A stretch of 24,000 bases of DNA. Origin: Metabacillus lacus (GTDB lineage: Bacteria; Bacillota; Bacilli; Bacillales; Bacillaceae). The notes under the pieces were generated by a model that was given only the letters and a program-made list of their open reading frames with translations, had not been told where the DNA came from and did not search any database. Position 1 is the first letter of the stretch. Every line of letters begins with the position of its first letter. A program made the translations under genes and the position numbers. Location of the stretch: positions 22,774 through 46,773 of the forward strand of contig NZ_WKKI01000028.1 in NCBI RefSeq assembly GCF_009674805.1, written 5' to 3'. Positions 1-10,392 of the stretch are shown piece after piece.

Positions 1-458
1 CTTTCAATGGAAGGAACACCAGAAAGTTTTGCAATCGGCTCCATTTCATCCACGACAACCGGATCTACAATAAAGGAAGGAATGTTAAGGCCTGAAGCAA
101 TTTCATATGCTAGAATGCCGCCAAGATTGGAAGCATGCTGCCCTGCATAGCCGTTTCTTAAATCTTGAAGCATTGTTGAATTCACTTCATATGTACCGCC
201 TTCAATCGGCCTGAGCAATCCTCCCCGCCCGCATACTGCGTCAAGCTTAGAGATATTCATCCCTTCCTGATCAAGGGTTTCTAAGATGGTTTGTTTCCTG
301 AATTCATATTGGTCTATGATGCTGTCATAGGAATTTATTTTTTCTGCATCATGGCGAAGCGTCTTTTCAAAAATGGACCTTTCATTATCATAGACACCGA
401 TTTTAGTTGAAGTTGATCCAGGGTTAATGACAAGGATTCGATATTCTTTTGCTTGCAA
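1..458 (-). CDS. buk: Butyrate kinase, partial (C-terminal end lies off the window)
   Basis: Minus-strand frame reads [41 protein letters not shown]...[20 protein letters not shown], a butyrate/acetate kinase family N-terminus. Putative TTG start at 458 preceded by GGAGG. It follows bcd, as in Bacillus bkd operons. Absent from the supplied ORF track because of the alternative start and window edge. Confidence 0.9.
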   Translation of the reverse strand, partial: MQAKEYRILVINPGSTSTKIGVYDNERSIFEKTLRHDAEKINSYDSIIDQYEFRKQTILETLDQEGMNISKLDAVCGRGGLLRPIEGGTYEVNSTMLQDLRNGYAGQHASNLGGILAYEIASGLNIPSFIVDPVVVDEMEPIAKLSGVPSIE

Positions 459-529
459 CGTAATAAACCTCCGATTTAAGTGTGGCCGGAGCAGAGAACG
501 CTCCGGCGTATGTTTTCAGCAATCTTTCA

Positions 530-1627
530 TTAAGAGCGGTGGCGAAGAATATGCTGGCTGTTCAGCAAAAACTGGCTGCGTGAATTTCTCATTCTCTCAA
601 TACGTTCTTCTGCAAGACGATCAGCAGCGGCGTATGTTGGAATAGAGTCACGTTTAGAAATCTCGATAACCCGCTCGATATTGCTGTAGATTCCTTCAAC
701 GCGTTTTAATGCGCGGTCTCGGTTGTAGCCGTAAAGTTCGTCCGCGACATTGATTACGCCGCCTGCATTGATCACATAATCCGGCGCATACACAATGCCC
801 ATTTCATGAATTTGATCGCCATGGCGTGTTTCACGAAGCTGGTTGTTCGCAGCGCCGGCAATTACTTTTGCTTTCAATAGAGGAATTGTTGAATCATTAA
901 TAGTTGCGCCAAGAGCACATGGGGCATAAATATCACATTCAACACTGTAAATATCCTCAGGATCAACAGCTTTTGCCCCGAACTCATCCACTGCACGCTG
1001 AACAGCTTCTTTATTAATATCTGTCACAATCAGCTGAGCACCCTCTTCGTGCAGATAGCGGCATAAATTGTACGCTACGTTTCCGACACCCTGTACGGCA
1101 ATCACTTTACCTTCCAGTGAATCTGTCCCAAAAGCTTCTTTGGCTGCCGCCTTCATACCGCGGTACACTCCGTAAGCAGTCACTGGTGAAGGATTTCCTG
1201 AAGAACCGAATGCAGGAGAAATTCCTGTAACAAAATTTGTTTCTTCATGAATAAGATCCATGTCAGCAACAGTTGTTCCAACATCCTCTGCTGTGATATA
1301 CCTTCCATTCAGCCCCTGAATGTAGCGGCCGAATGCACGGAACATTTCTTCATTCTTGTCTTTGCGGGGATCTCCGATAATGACTGTTTTTCCGCCGCCA
1401 AGATTCAGGCCTGCTGCTGCATTTTTATAAGTCATTCCCTTTGCAAGGCGCAGGGCATCTTCAATTGCTGCCTCTTCTGATTCATATGTCCACATCCGCG
1501 TCCCGCCCAAAGCAGGTCCCAAAGTCGTATCATGGATGGCGATAATTGCTTTTAAACCTGATTGTTTATCCTGGCAAAAAACAAGCTGTTCGTAATCATA
1601 CGTTTCCATATATTTAAAAATTTCCAT
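530..1627 (-). CDS. bcd: Leucine (branched-chain amino acid) dehydrogenase; Glu/Leu/Phe/Val dehydrogenase family
   Basis: ORF track 530..1678; internal start [20 protein letters not shown] at 1627 is preceded by GAGGAGG. Contains the family motif [15 protein letters not shown] and a GxGxxG-like [11 protein letters not shown]. Confidence 0.95.
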   Translation of the reverse strand: MEIFKYMETYDYEQLVFCQDKQSGLKAIIAIHDTTLGPALGGTRMWTYESEEAAIEDALRLAKGMTYKNAAAGLNLGGGKTVIIGDPRKDKNEEMFRAFGRYIQGLNGRYITAEDVGTTVADMDLIHEETNFVTGISPAFGSSGNPSPVTAYGVYRGMKAAAKEAFGTDSLEGKVIAVQGVGNVAYNLCRYLHEEGAQLIVTDINKEAVQRAVDEFGAKAVDPEDIYSVECDIYAPCALGATINDSTIPLLKAKVIAGAANNQLRETRHGDQIHEMGIVYAPDYVINAGGVINVADELYGYNRDRALKRVEGIYSNIERVIEISKRDSIPTYAAADRLAEERIERMRNSRSQFLLNSQHILRHRS

Positions 1628-1659
1628 TTTGTCTTCCTCCTCAGAATCGTTAGCAATAT

Positions 1660-2556
1660 TTATTTTTCTGTTGAACATATGGCGAGCGCCAAAGAAAATA
1701 ATTTACTTTCGGCTGTATCCGCCCTGCTTGTAAGAACGATCGGCGCTTTTGCCCCGGAAATAACAGCTCCAACTTTAGCTTGAGCAAAATAAATGAGAGA
1801 TTTATAAAGTGCGTTACCTGTTTCAATATTTGGAACCAGCAGGATATCGGCTTGTCCTGCCACCCTTCCGTCAATTCCTTTATGCTTAGCGGCTGCAGGG
1901 GAAATCGCGTTATCAAGTGCCAGCGGACCGTCAACGATGCAGTGCTGAATTTGCCCGCGCGCATTCATTTGTGACAGCGCTGCTGCATCAAGAGTCGCCT
2001 GCATGCTGGGATTAACAACCTCAACCGCCGCCAAAGGCGCCACCTTTGGCGTAGTAATACCGATTGAAACTGCAACTTCCACAGCATTTTGAATAATCTG
2101 CACCTTTTGCTGCAAATCAGGTTCTATATTCATCGCAGCATCGGTTATCGTGATGAGCCGTTCGTAGCCGGGAATTTCAAATACAGCTGTATGGGAAAGG
2201 ACTCTGCCTGTTCTTAATCCAAACTCCTTATTCAAGACAGCTTTTAAGATAACAGCAGTAGCAACATTCCCTTTCATCAAAACTTCCGCTTCTTTTTGGG
2301 CAACTGCTTTTACCGCAAGCTCTGCAGCCGCCGCAGGGTGATCAGCGTGTACCACTGATACCTTCTCAGCCGGCACGCCCTCTTTTTTCATCAAGTTTGC
2401 TATGGCAGTTTGATTCCCGAACAATATAAAATGCGCAAGTTCCTTTTCAATTCCCTGCGCAACCGCAGACATCACTTCTTCATCTTCAGCTGCTGCTACA
2501 GCTATTGTCCGTTTAGGAAGCGCTGCTGCTTTGATTAATAAATCTGTCAATGTCAA
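1660..2556 (-). CDS. ptb: Phosphate butyryltransferase
   Basis: ORF track 298 aa; phosphate acyltransferase features ([48 protein letters not shown]), operon position ptb-bcd-buk. Confidence 0.93.
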   Translation of the reverse strand: MTLTDLLIKAAALPKRTIAVAAAEDEEVMSAVAQGIEKELAHFILFGNQTAIANLMKKEGVPAEKVSVVHADHPAAAAELAVKAVAQKEAEVLMKGNVATAVILKAVLNKEFGLRTGRVLSHTAVFEIPGYERLITITDAAMNIEPDLQQKVQIIQNAVEVAVSIGITTPKVAPLAAVEVVNPSMQATLDAAALSQMNARGQIQHCIVDGPLALDNAISPAAAKHKGIDGRVAGQADILLVPNIETGNALYKSLIYFAQAKVGAVISGAKAPIVLTSRADTAESKLFSLALAICSTEK

Positions 2557-2600
2557 TCCATTCAGTCCTTCCCTGCCGTTTTCCCCACACTATTTCTATA

Positions 2601-2617
2601 TGCAAGAACTGTGCCAA
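2601..2617 (-). promoter_or_regulatory. Sigma-54 (SigL) -24/-12 promoter for the ptb-bcd-buk(-bkd) operon
   Basis: Minus strand TTGGCACAGTTCTTGCA; matches TGGCAC-N5-TTGCa with exact GG-N10-GC spacing, upstream of ptb and downstream of a sigma-54 activator gene. Confidence 0.93.
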
Positions 2618-2669
2618 CTTTAGTTTTTGAAGAAAACGCTTTATCATCTGCTTTTAAAAAATAACAACC

Positions 2670-2686
2670 ATGCAATATATTGCGTA
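2670..2686. promoter_or_regulatory. Candidate activator (BkdR) upstream activating palindrome
   Basis: ATGCAATATATTGCGTA containing perfect 12-nt palindrome GCAATATATTGC, about 55-85 nt upstream of the -24 element; a similar sequence occurs upstream of bkdR. Confidence 0.55.
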
Positions 2687-2707
2687 TTGTGCAAATTTTT
2701 GCGTGCA

Positions 2708-4774
2708 TTATTTTGCGATATTATATTTTTCCATTTTATAATACAGGCTTCTTAGGGAAATTCCTAACGCCTTAGCTGTGTTAGTTCTGTTGTAACCGTT
2801 GTTTTCCAAGGCTGCCCTGATGATTTTGGCTTCCTGCTCTTCCATCAGGTCTGCCAGAGCAGCTCCCTCTGGCCAAATATCTGCTTCAGCTTGTGCTTTA
2901 TGCAGTTTGCTTCTGCTTTCCGTTAACGGCGGCAGATGTTCAGCCCCTATGAAAGTTTCACTAAGATTCATGAAGATAATGGCCCTTCCCAGAACATTCT
3001 CCAGTTCGCGCACATTTCCCGGCCATTCATATTTCATGAATGTTTCCATCGCCTTTTGCTCCACACCCGAAATATTCCTGCCGTAATCCTGGTTCAGCTT
3101 CCGAATGAGGTGAGAGCACAGAGAGGGAATATCACCTTTTCTATTTCTAAGGGGAGGAATGGAAATTGGATAGCGGTTCAGCCTGTAATACAAATCTTCC
3201 CGAAAGGAACCGAGGGCCATCGCCTTTTCAATATTCACGTTGGTTGCCGCAATCACCCTGACATTAATGGGCAGAGGTTTGGTTCCTCCAACTCTGACAA
3301 TTTCTTTTTCCTGAAGCACCCTTAACAGTTTTGCCTGCATGCTTGCTGAGAGTTCGCCAATCTCATCCAGGAAAATGCTTCCATTGTTTGCTTCTTCAAA
3401 GAAGCCTCTTTTCCCGCCTCTTTTCGCTCCTGAAAATGCACCTTCTTCATAGCCAAACAACTCGCTTTCCAGGAGGTTTTCAGAAATAGCCGCACAGTTG
3501 ACTCTTATAAATTTGTTATATTTTCGGTCGCTGCCATTGTGTATAGCATGTGCAAATAATTCTTTTCCCGTTCCTGACTCTCCCCTTAAAAGGACGGTCG
3601 CAGGAGTTTTCGCACCAAGCTTGGCCTGTTCCACAGCAACCTGCATCTCTTCACTGCCTCCGATAATATCAGCAAATGAATATTTCGCTTCCAGCGTCCG
3701 GATGATTTGCCGCGCTCTGTTTAACTCCGCAGTCAAGGTCTGAATTTCAGAAACATCATGAATGACACCTACACTGCCCTTCAGGATGCTGTCAACAATT
3801 ATTGGAGCGACATTCACGAGTACCTCTCTTTTATGAGGCCCAACCTTCATTCTCGCTCCCCTGACAGGCCTTCTTGTTTGAAGGACTCTAACATGCATGC
3901 TGTCCCCTTCAGAAATGTCAATATCAGCAGGCTTTCCGATTACCTGATCTTCCGTCAGCCCTGTCATCCTTGTATACGCTGGATTGATCAGCAGACCCCT
4001 GCCCTCTTCATCCACTACAGAAATGGCCTCATCTGAAGATTGGATAATCGCCTGCAGCATTGTTTGTATTTCTTTAAGGTTGGTAATTTCCTCCGCCAGC
4101 TGAACAACCTCTGTGATGTCTTTAAAGAGAGAAAGAGCACCGAGCAGATGGCCGGTATCATCAATAATCGGCATTCTTGTGGAGATAATTTTCAATCCAT
4201 TTTCAAGTATCTGCTCCTGATTGTATTCAGCCTCCCGCGTCTCAAGGATGGAGGGGAGTTTGCTTGAAGGAACAATTTCCTGAATTTTGCGGCCCAAGAC
4301 CTCATTTTTGCTTTTACCGGTAATTTGTTCTGCAGTTTTATTAAATAAAAGTATTGTTTCTTCTGTATCTATAAATATCATGCCGTCGTTCGTACTGTTA
4401 AAGATCGTATCGTGCTTATAAGTTTCTTCTCTCAGCCGGGTGATGAGCGACTGTTTTTCCTCTATCAAGTCTGTAATAATATGAGCTACTGCACCCGGAA
4501 TAATGACAGTTTTGCTGCTTCTTAATGTTAACAGAGACTGCAGGACATCCTCGCTGCCAGTTGCCTCAATCACGATGTCTATCTGATCTGACATTAACGG
4601 CTTCCAATCTTTACTGGTTAAAATCCCCAGATTTCTTGCATATGTAATACCGGGAGCGTTTTCATTAATGTCTACAACCGCAATCACTTCCATCTTCTGC
4701 GTTTCATAGATCATTCGAAGCAAAGCAGTTCCCCCGATTCCTGCTCCCACTAACATAACCCGCTGCATCATCAA
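2708..4774 (-). CDS. bkdR: Sigma-54-dependent transcriptional activator with N-terminal Rossmann-like domain, PAS domains, AAA+ and Fis-type HTH (BkdR)
   Basis: [15 protein letters not shown] (Walker A), [15 protein letters not shown] (GAFTGA-type loop), [11 protein letters not shown] (Walker B), C-terminal [30 protein letters not shown]; adjacent to the sigma-54 promoter of ptb-bcd-buk. Confidence 0.93.
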   Translation of the reverse strand: MMMQRVMLVGAGIGGTALLRMIYETQKMEVIAVVDINENAPGITYARNLGILTSKDWKPLMSDQIDIVIEATGSEDVLQSLLTLRSSKTVIIPGAVAHIITDLIEEKQSLITRLREETYKHDTIFNSTNDGMIFIDTEETILLFNKTAEQITGKSKNEVLGRKIQEIVPSSKLPSILETREAEYNQEQILENGLKIISTRMPIIDDTGHLLGALSLFKDITEVVQLAEEITNLKEIQTMLQAIIQSSDEAISVVDEEGRGLLINPAYTRMTGLTEDQVIGKPADIDISEGDSMHVRVLQTRRPVRGARMKVGPHKREVLVNVAPIIVDSILKGSVGVIHDVSEIQTLTAELNRARQIIRTLEAKYSFADIIGGSEEMQVAVEQAKLGAKTPATVLLRGESGTGKELFAHAIHNGSDRKYNKFIRVNCAAISENLLESELFGYEEGAFSGAKRGGKRGFFEEANNGSIFLDEIGELSASMQAKLLRVLQEKEIVRVGGTKPLPINVRVIAATNVNIEKAMALGSFREDLYYRLNRYPISIPPLRNRKGDIPSLCSHLIRKLNQDYGRNISGVEQKAMETFMKYEWPGNVRELENVLGRAIIFMNLSETFIGAEHLPPLTESRSKLHKAQAEADIWPEGAALADLMEEQEAKIIRAALENNGYNRTNTAKALGISLRSLYYKMEKYNIAK

Positions 4775-4815
4775 AACCCCTTTATTGAATACAATTGCAC
4801 AGGTAAATAATGTAT

Positions 4816-4832
4816 ATGCAATTTATTGCACA
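4816..4832. promoter_or_regulatory. Second candidate BkdR-like operator upstream of bkdR
   Basis: ATGCAATTTATTGCACA, 14/17 identical to 2670-2686, located 42 nt upstream of the bkdR start. Confidence 0.4.
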
Positions 4833-4916
4833 TAACTATCATATCATGTTTTCATACCTTGACAAATCCTTTTTTGGAGAAGAAAATAATTTATATCAAG
4901 AATAAGGGGCTATGAA

Positions 4917-5171
4917 ATGTCTAGAATCACAGCATTACTGATCATGGTTATACCAGGGGTACTGGCAGCTTACGGGATTAAATTAATGAGAGATATGCTT
5001 TTCGGCATATTGCAGCCGCCTATTCCCTTTTTGTGGCTCCAATTTTTAATTGGTCTAATATTGTTCGCGGGCGGACTTAGTTTTGTAGCAGGCTTTGTTT
5101 TTTACAGGGATAAAAAAAGAAATAAAGTTCAGGCCAAATTTCAGAAAAAAAAATCCCTGCCATCTAAGTAG
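4917..5171 (+). CDS. yqzF: DUF2627 family small membrane protein (YqzF-like)
   Basis: 84 aa, two hydrophobic segments (MSRITALLIMVIPGVLAAYGIKLMRDMLFG...WLQFLIGLILFAGGLSFVAGFVFYRDKKR); located upstream of bkdR as in Bacillus. Confidence 0.8.
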   Translation: MSRITALLIMVIPGVLAAYGIKLMRDMLFGILQPPIPFLWLQFLIGLILFAGGLSFVAGFVFYRDKKRNKVQAKFQKKKSLPSK

Positions 5172-5901
5172 CAGGGATGAGTACTCTCGCTTTTTCCGGA
5201 TAATCTGTAAAAAAGCCGGAACAATTTTGCTCGTAAAGTTCCTTCATAATTGCTTCATTGTTAACAGTAAAGGGCCTGACAGAAATCCCTCTTGCCTGAG
5301 CACTAACAATAATATCCCTGTTAACAGCATAAACATGCGGGTGCAGAGCCCCGGCTTTGAGCTTAGCTGCATATTCCCACGGCTTATACAGTCCTTCAGA
5401 ATACAGCACGCCCAGCTCAATCTCTTCTGACAATTCTCTGCATTTTGCAAGACTGTAATGATTGAATGAAGAAAGTATTGCTGCTTTCTCCATTTGAAAA
5501 TTACGGATGATCTTAATCACTTTTTCTTCAATACCCTCATAATCAATAATTCCGTTCTTCAGCTCTATGTTGACAAGAAAATGAGGGATCGAGGCAGCCC
5601 ATTGCAGTACTTCTTCCAGCAGAGGGATAGGCGCATGACCTGCATAATCAGCAAACTTGTAGCTGGCATCAGCCTTACTGAGTTCCCTGTATGAAAAGTC
5701 TTTTACAAAACCCTTAAGGTTTGTTGTTCTGTCCAGCTTCTCATCATGAATAACGACAATTTGGCCGTCACTCGACATTTGTACATCCAGCTCAATGCCA
5801 TCTGCACCCGCTTCAAAAGCAGCTTTAAAAGAAACCATTGTATTTTCAGGGCACGTACCTGCAGCCCCTCTATGTCCAAAAATCTGAGTCAATTTCAACA
5901 C
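5164..5901 (-). CDS. yqiK: Glycerophosphodiester phosphodiesterase (YqiK-like)
   Basis: GHRGAAGTCPENTMVSFKAAFEAGADGIELDVQMSSDGQIVVIHDEKLDRTT signature of GDPD/UgpQ family. Starts GTG (or nearby TTG). Confidence 0.92.
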   Translation of the reverse strand: MLKLTQIFGHRGAAGTCPENTMVSFKAAFEAGADGIELDVQMSSDGQIVVIHDEKLDRTTNLKGFVKDFSYRELSKADASYKFADYAGHAPIPLLEEVLQWAASIPHFLVNIELKNGIIDYEGIEEKVIKIIRNFQMEKAAILSSFNHYSLAKCRELSEEIELGVLYSEGLYKPWEYAAKLKAGALHPHVYAVNRDIIVSAQARGISVRPFTVNNEAIMKELYEQNCSGFFTDYPEKARVLIPAT

Positions 5902-5925
5902 CGCCTTATAGATAGGAGATAAATA

Positions 5926-6075
5926 ATGAGACCTTTACAAATTTCAGCTGAGACAGCTGAATTGCTTTCAAAAAAACTGGGTATACCACTTCATGAGCTC
6001 ATGCATATGCCTCAGCATATTTTGCTTGCAAAGCTGGCAGAGGCAGAAAAGGAACAAGATCAGAAAAACAGTTGA
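5926..6075 (+). CDS. YycC-like small protein, 49 aa
   Basis: AGGAG at 5915-5919, then ATG; MRPLQISAETAELLSKKLGIPLHELMHMPQHILLAKLAEAEKEQDQKNS*. Resembles the YycC family (MRPLQIS...MHMPQHIL). Below the size cut-off of the supplied ORF track. Confidence 0.8.
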   Translation: MRPLQISAETAELLSKKLGIPLHELMHMPQHILLAKLAEAEKEQDQKNS

Positions 6076-6097
6076 AAAGAAATGATAAAAAATTCAA

Positions 6098-6120
6098 AGG
6101 CCGGAAAATGCTTCCGGCCT
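6098..6120. terminator. Likely bidirectional terminator between the small + ORF and spo0A
   Basis: Inverted repeat AGGCCGGAA-aatgc-TTCCGGCCT, followed on the minus strand by TTGAATTTTTTA. Confidence 0.8.
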
Positions 6121-6145
6121 CTTTCGTTTACTCATTCTAACCCTT

Positions 6146-6937
6146 TCAAGAAGCTTTATGCTCCAGGCGAAGCTTATCGGCCACCATGGCGATAAACTCG
6201 GAGTTAGTAGGTTTTGCTTTTGACATGCTGACGGTATAGCCGAACAGCGATGAAATGGATTCAATATTTCCGCGGCTCCAGGCAACTTCAATCGCATGAC
6301 GAATTGCCCTTTCTACACGGCTGGCTGTTGTATTATATTTTTTCGCGATATCAGGATACAATACCTTTGTGATAGACCCGAGAAGTTCAATATCATTATA
6401 TACCATCGAGATAGCTTCTCTTAGATAAAGATAGCCTTTAATATGAGCAGGAACACCAATTTCATGGATAATGCTTGTAATGCTCGCATCCAGGTTAAGC
6501 CCCTTTTTCTCACTTTGAGACCTGAGGACAGAGCTTGTAGAACGTTTTAGGATTGGCTGGCTGTTTCCACTAATCTGGCGGACATGACTTGCAAGGTTTT
6601 CCATGTCAAATGGCTTTAGGATGAAATATGAAGCACCAAGGTCCACAGCTTTTTTCGTGACATCCTCTTGACCAAATGCAGTCAGCATAATGACATTGGG
6701 CTGTTTCTCTTTATCCTGCATACGCATCTTTTCAAGAACGCCCAGTCCGTCTAAATGAGGCATGATGATATCAAGAATCAATACATCAGGGCTTTTATCA
6801 TTCAGCAAGTTCAGGCAGTCCTGGCCGTTATAAGCCACTCCAAGAACTTCCATATCCTCCTGACTTGAAATATACTCATCAAGAAGAGATACCAATTCCC
6901 TATTATCATCTACTATACAAACTTTAATTTTTTCCAC
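6146..6937 (-). CDS. spo0A: Stage 0 sporulation protein A, response regulator
   Basis: [31 protein letters not shown]...[21 protein letters not shown]; C-terminal DNA-binding domain [22 protein letters not shown]. Confidence 0.98.
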   Translation of the reverse strand: MEKIKVCIVDDNRELVSLLDEYISSQEDMEVLGVAYNGQDCLNLLNDKSPDVLILDIIMPHLDGLGVLEKMRMQDKEKQPNVIMLTAFGQEDVTKKAVDLGASYFILKPFDMENLASHVRQISGNSQPILKRSTSSVLRSQSEKKGLNLDASITSIIHEIGVPAHIKGYLYLREAISMVYNDIELLGSITKVLYPDIAKKYNTTASRVERAIRHAIEVAWSRGNIESISSLFGYTVSMSKAKPTNSEFIAMVADKLRLEHKAS

Positions 6938-6993
6938 GCAAATGTCCTCCTCAGTGTCATGCTATCTCAACATGCTTTGTTCTTTATGAAATT

Positions 6994-7000
6994 TTCGACA
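6994..7000 (-). promoter_or_regulatory. Candidate 0A box
   Basis: TTCGACA on + strand = TGTCGAA on minus, about 57 nt upstream of the spo0A start. Confidence 0.55.
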
Positions 7001-7081
7001 ATTCGGTTCAAATACCTTTTAAAATTAGAAAAAAACTCTAAAAATATAATTATCTTTGTTTTTCTTCAAATTACTCCGTTT

Positions 7082-7088
7082 TTCGACT
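7082..7088 (-). promoter_or_regulatory. Candidate degenerate 0A box
   Basis: TTCGACT on + strand = AGTCGAA on minus, one mismatch to TGTCGAA. Confidence 0.3.
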
Positions 7089-7130
7089 TCTTTGTCAATT
7101 TTTCCAAATGAGACCAGTTTTGTCGAATCA

Positions 7131-7137
7131 CATCTTT
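7131..7137 (+). promoter_or_regulatory. Candidate 0A box
   Basis: TGTCGAA (in TTTTGTCGAATC) in the spoIVB-spo0A intergenic region. Confidence 0.5.
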
Positions 7138-7208
7138 ATGACCTATTCTACATGAGATATCCACTGAAATAAAGGAAAAATTAGACCGTATTTACCAGCA
7201 AAAGAAAA

Positions 7209-7231
7209 ACTGCAGAATCTTCTTCTGCAGT
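7209..7231 (-). terminator. Rho-independent terminator of spoIVB
   Basis: Inverted repeat ACTGCAGAA-tcttc-TTCTGCAGT, followed by TTTTTCTTTT on the minus strand; begins at the spoIVB stop codon. Confidence 0.85.
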
Positions 7232-8520
7232 CAGCTTGCTTCTTTTTTAGGAGCTTTTTCATATATATCAATACCCGCTTCACTCAGCATCCATTCAATA
7301 TGGACACCATATCCGCTTGCAGGGTCATTGACAAAAACATGTGTCACGGCACCTACAAGTTTTCCATCCTGTATGATGGGGCTTCCGCTCATGCCCTGTA
7401 CAATACCGCCAGTTTTTCCGATGAGTTCTTTATCCGTTATTTTAATGACCATTCCTTTGGTGGCAGGAAACTTTTGAGGAACAGCACTGATAATTTCTAC
7501 ATCAAATTCCTCTACTTTGTCATCGTTCACGACCGTCAGTATTTTCGCAGGCCCTTCTTTTACTTCATGCGACAAGGCAATTGGAAGAGCTTTATCCATA
7601 ATTCCATTCTCAATGCCCTCATCCAGCTTGCCGAATATACCAAACGGACTGTTTTTCGTAATATTTCCGATTATTTTTCTATCTTCTGAGAAGCGGGCCA
7701 GCTTTTCACCCGGATTTCCATTGCTTCCTTTTTCAATAGAGGTTACTGTTGAGCGGACAATTTGTCCGTCCTGGACAACAATAGGCTTTTTTGTATCCAT
7801 ATCGGATATGACATGTCCCAGAGCTCCATATTTCTTTGATTGAGGATCTATGAATGTCATCGTTCCAATACCTGCAGCTGAGTCTCTGATATACAAGCCG
7901 ATTCTGAAGGCATCATCATTCACATCTTTAAGGGGGACCAGTTTCGCTTGAATTTCTTTATTGTCTCTTGAAATAACTAAATTCAAGGGTTCACCTGTTT
8001 TTCCTGCTTCCTGAATAAAAGGAGTGACATCATTCATTTTTTCAATTTTGGTTCCATTGATGTTGGTGATAATATCCCCAACCTGTACCCCGGCAATCTC
8101 GCCTGGAGATTGTTTGCCTTTAGCCGTTGTTACCTCATGATGTCCGACAACGAGCACTCCGAGAGAATTCAGCTTGACACCTATTGACTGTCCGCCCGGA
8201 ATTACTTTAAAGTCCGAGAGAACTTTTACCTGAGTCTTTTTAACGGGTATGCCTGCTATATCAAAAACAAGTTGTGCTTCTCCGCTGTTTTTTCCTGCCA
8301 GTACGAGCTGATCTCCTGACTGCTGCAGTGAGAAGGCTTGGCTGGCGTCTGGTGAAGCTGCAACTGCCGAAGCATTTACCATGGTACTTTCCTGGTTTTC
8401 AAATACCGTTACATTTTTCGGTATTGCCAGGTATTCTTTAAAAGGATGAACAAAACCTAAGCTTGTTAGAAATACAAGGAGAATTACACCTGTTATTTTT
8501 CTAATATTTTCTACATTCAC
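7231..8520 (-). CDS. spoIVB: Stage IV sporulation protein B, SpoIVB serine peptidase with PDZ domain
   Basis: ORF track 7231..8550; a GTG at 8520 behind GAGGAG is the likelier start. PDZ segment ([30 protein letters not shown]), catalytic [21 protein letters not shown], fixed position upstream of spo0A. Confidence 0.95.
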   Translation of the reverse strand: MNVENIRKITGVILLVFLTSLGFVHPFKEYLAIPKNVTVFENQESTMVNASAVAASPDASQAFSLQQSGDQLVLAGKNSGEAQLVFDIAGIPVKKTQVKVLSDFKVIPGGQSIGVKLNSLGVLVVGHHEVTTAKGKQSPGEIAGVQVGDIITNINGTKIEKMNDVTPFIQEAGKTGEPLNLVISRDNKEIQAKLVPLKDVNDDAFRIGLYIRDSAAGIGTMTFIDPQSKKYGALGHVISDMDTKKPIVVQDGQIVRSTVTSIEKGSNGNPGEKLARFSEDRKIIGNITKNSPFGIFGKLDEGIENGIMDKALPIALSHEVKEGPAKILTVVNDDKVEEFDVEIISAVPQKFPATKGMVIKITDKELIGKTGGIVQGMSGSPIIQDGKLVGAVTHVFVNDPASGYGVHIEWMLSEAGIDIYEKAPKKEAS

Positions 8521-8636
8521 TTTTTCACTCTCCTCGCTCCTAACCCACACACCATTCCTTCTTCGATGGCTACATCCTTTAATTTTGCCTACAGCTGCAG
8601 GTTTTATAACTGGAAACTAAGAAGACAGTAAAAAAA

Positions 8637-8650
8637 CTGCCCTTAGGCAG
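8637..8650 (-). terminator. Rho-independent terminator of recN
   Basis: CTGCC-ctta-GGCAG; on the minus strand followed by TTTTTTT. Confidence 0.75.
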
Positions 8651-8657
8651 CTTATAA

Positions 8658-10367
8658 TCAGTTTTTGGCAGCAGAAGCCAGCAGCAAAAGTTCCTTTGCG
8701 TGCTTTCGGGTTAAATCCGTTACTTCTACTCCTGCGATCATCCGGCCGATTTCCCGGATTTGCTGATCTTTTTTTAGTGCTTTTACGCTGGTGGTTGTCC
8801 GGCCGTTATGTTCCTCTTTTGAGATATACAGATGTGTATCCGCCATAGCTGCAACTTGAGGGAGATGGGTGATGCACAATACTTGTGATCCAACGGCAAC
8901 CCTGTAAATTTTTTCGGCAATTGACTGTGCAACTCTTCCGCTCACACCGGTGTCCACCTCATCGAATATAATGGATGTCACACCTTGATGTTCAGAAAAA
9001 ATACTCTTCATCGCAAGCATGATTCTGGAAAGCTCACCGCCTGAAGCAGTTTTTGACAAAGGCTTCAGCGGCTCTCCCGGATTTGTAGACAAGTAAAACT
9101 CTGGTGAATCCATTCCGTCCTGTTTAAAAAAGGAGGCTTTTACCTCACCGCTCTGTTTACTTTTATCTTCAAAGTGAACTTCAAATTTCGTTTTTTCCAT
9201 GTACAATTCCTTTAATTCCCGTTCTATTTCATTCTTCAGTGAAGCTGCAGCCTTTTTCCTCACAGATGTCAGATGCTGTCCTTCTACTAACAAATCCGCT
9301 TCAACCGAGTCCAGCTCTTTTTTTAAGTTGGCAATATGGCTGTCCCTGTTTTGAATACTGTCAATTTCCTCTTCAATGGCTGCTGCGTATTCCAGAATGG
9401 CTTCGACATTGTGGCCGTATTTTCTTTTCAGCTGTGAGATTTCATTCAGCCTGCTTTCAATAATATCCAGGCGGTTAGGATCAAACTCAAGGGAATCAAG
9501 CTCGTTTCGAAGGCTGTATGACAATTCTTCAAGCATATAGTAATGGTTGGACATCGTTTCTGACATTTCTTTCAGTTTTTCATTTATGCCTGCAACATCT
9601 TCAAGGGAGCTCATTCCAAGCCCAATCCAGTCGAGCGCTTTTTGTTCACCATGCAGTGCATTATAAGCATTTTGAAGGGAGTCATATATCTTTTCGAAAT
9701 TGGCTATCTGCCGTCTTTCTTCTTCGAGCTCTGTATCCTCGCGCAGCTGTAATTCTGCTTTTTCTATTTCCTGCAGCTGAAAGGAAATTAGATCAAGCCG
9801 GTGAGCCATCTCCTGTTCATTTTCAGAAATTTGCTTTAGTTTTTTATTCAATTGAGTATATTGCTTATAAATTTCCTGATAATTTTGAAGTGCAGAAAAT
9901 ACCTCGGCCGCTCCATACTGATCAAGAAGCTCCAGATGATTTTCTTCATTCATCAGCTCCTGGTTATCATGCTGGCCGTGTATGTCAACAAGAAGCCGGC
10001 CGATCTCCCTAAGTATAGCCAGAGTTACCAATTTGCCATTTACCCGGCAGATGCTTTTACCCGAACTGGATATATCCCTTCTTAATACGACCATTCCATC
10101 CCCGGCTTCAATCCCCAGTTCTTCACATTTCTTAAAACACGGGTGGCCGTCTTCTTCGAGGAGGAACAAACCTTCCAGTTCAGCGCGTTTTTCTCCATAT
10201 CTGACAAACTCGGAGGAGCCTCTTCCTCCTGCAAGCAGGTGTATGGCGTCTATCATAATGGATTTACCTGCTCCTGTCTCACCGGTCAGCACGGTCATTC
10301 CTTTTTCTAATGAAACAGACAGGGACTCGATGATTGCAAAGTTTTTAATGGAAAGTTCCGCTAACAA
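8658..10367 (-). CDS. recN: DNA repair protein RecN (SMC-like)
   Basis: MLAELSIKNFAIIESLSVSLEKGMTVLTGETGAGKSIMIDAI and TASGGELSRIMLAMKSIF...TSIIFDEVDTGVSGRVAQSIAEKI. Confidence 0.97.
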   Translation of the reverse strand: MLAELSIKNFAIIESLSVSLEKGMTVLTGETGAGKSIMIDAIHLLAGGRGSSEFVRYGEKRAELEGLFLLEEDGHPCFKKCEELGIEAGDGMVVLRRDISSSGKSICRVNGKLVTLAILREIGRLLVDIHGQHDNQELMNEENHLELLDQYGAAEVFSALQNYQEIYKQYTQLNKKLKQISENEQEMAHRLDLISFQLQEIEKAELQLREDTELEEERRQIANFEKIYDSLQNAYNALHGEQKALDWIGLGMSSLEDVAGINEKLKEMSETMSNHYYMLEELSYSLRNELDSLEFDPNRLDIIESRLNEISQLKRKYGHNVEAILEYAAAIEEEIDSIQNRDSHIANLKKELDSVEADLLVEGQHLTSVRKKAAASLKNEIERELKELYMEKTKFEVHFEDKSKQSGEVKASFFKQDGMDSPEFYLSTNPGEPLKPLSKTASGGELSRIMLAMKSIFSEHQGVTSIIFDEVDTGVSGRVAQSIAEKIYRVAVGSQVLCITHLPQVAAMADTHLYISKEEHNGRTTTSVKALKKDQQIREIGRMIAGVEVTDLTRKHAKELLLLASAAKN

Positions 10368-10392
10368 TCAGAATCACACCTCTACTACTTTT

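Noticed and set aside
1660-1678. bcd starting at 1678 (track start) overlapping the ptb end
   Set aside because: The internal Met at 1627, with GAGGAGG upstream and matching the family N-terminus MEIFKYM, is a better start.
4816-4832. Second sigma-54 promoter upstream of bkdR (ATGCAATTTATTGCA)
   Set aside because: Lacks the GG-N10-GC core; it is symmetric and better explained as an operator.
9518-10012. Long + strand ORF (164 aa) antisense to recN, and other antisense ORFs such as 9982..10578 and 11474..11920
   Set aside because: They lie wholly or mainly within strongly supported minus-strand genes and have no recognisable domains; shadow ORFs of biased codon usage.
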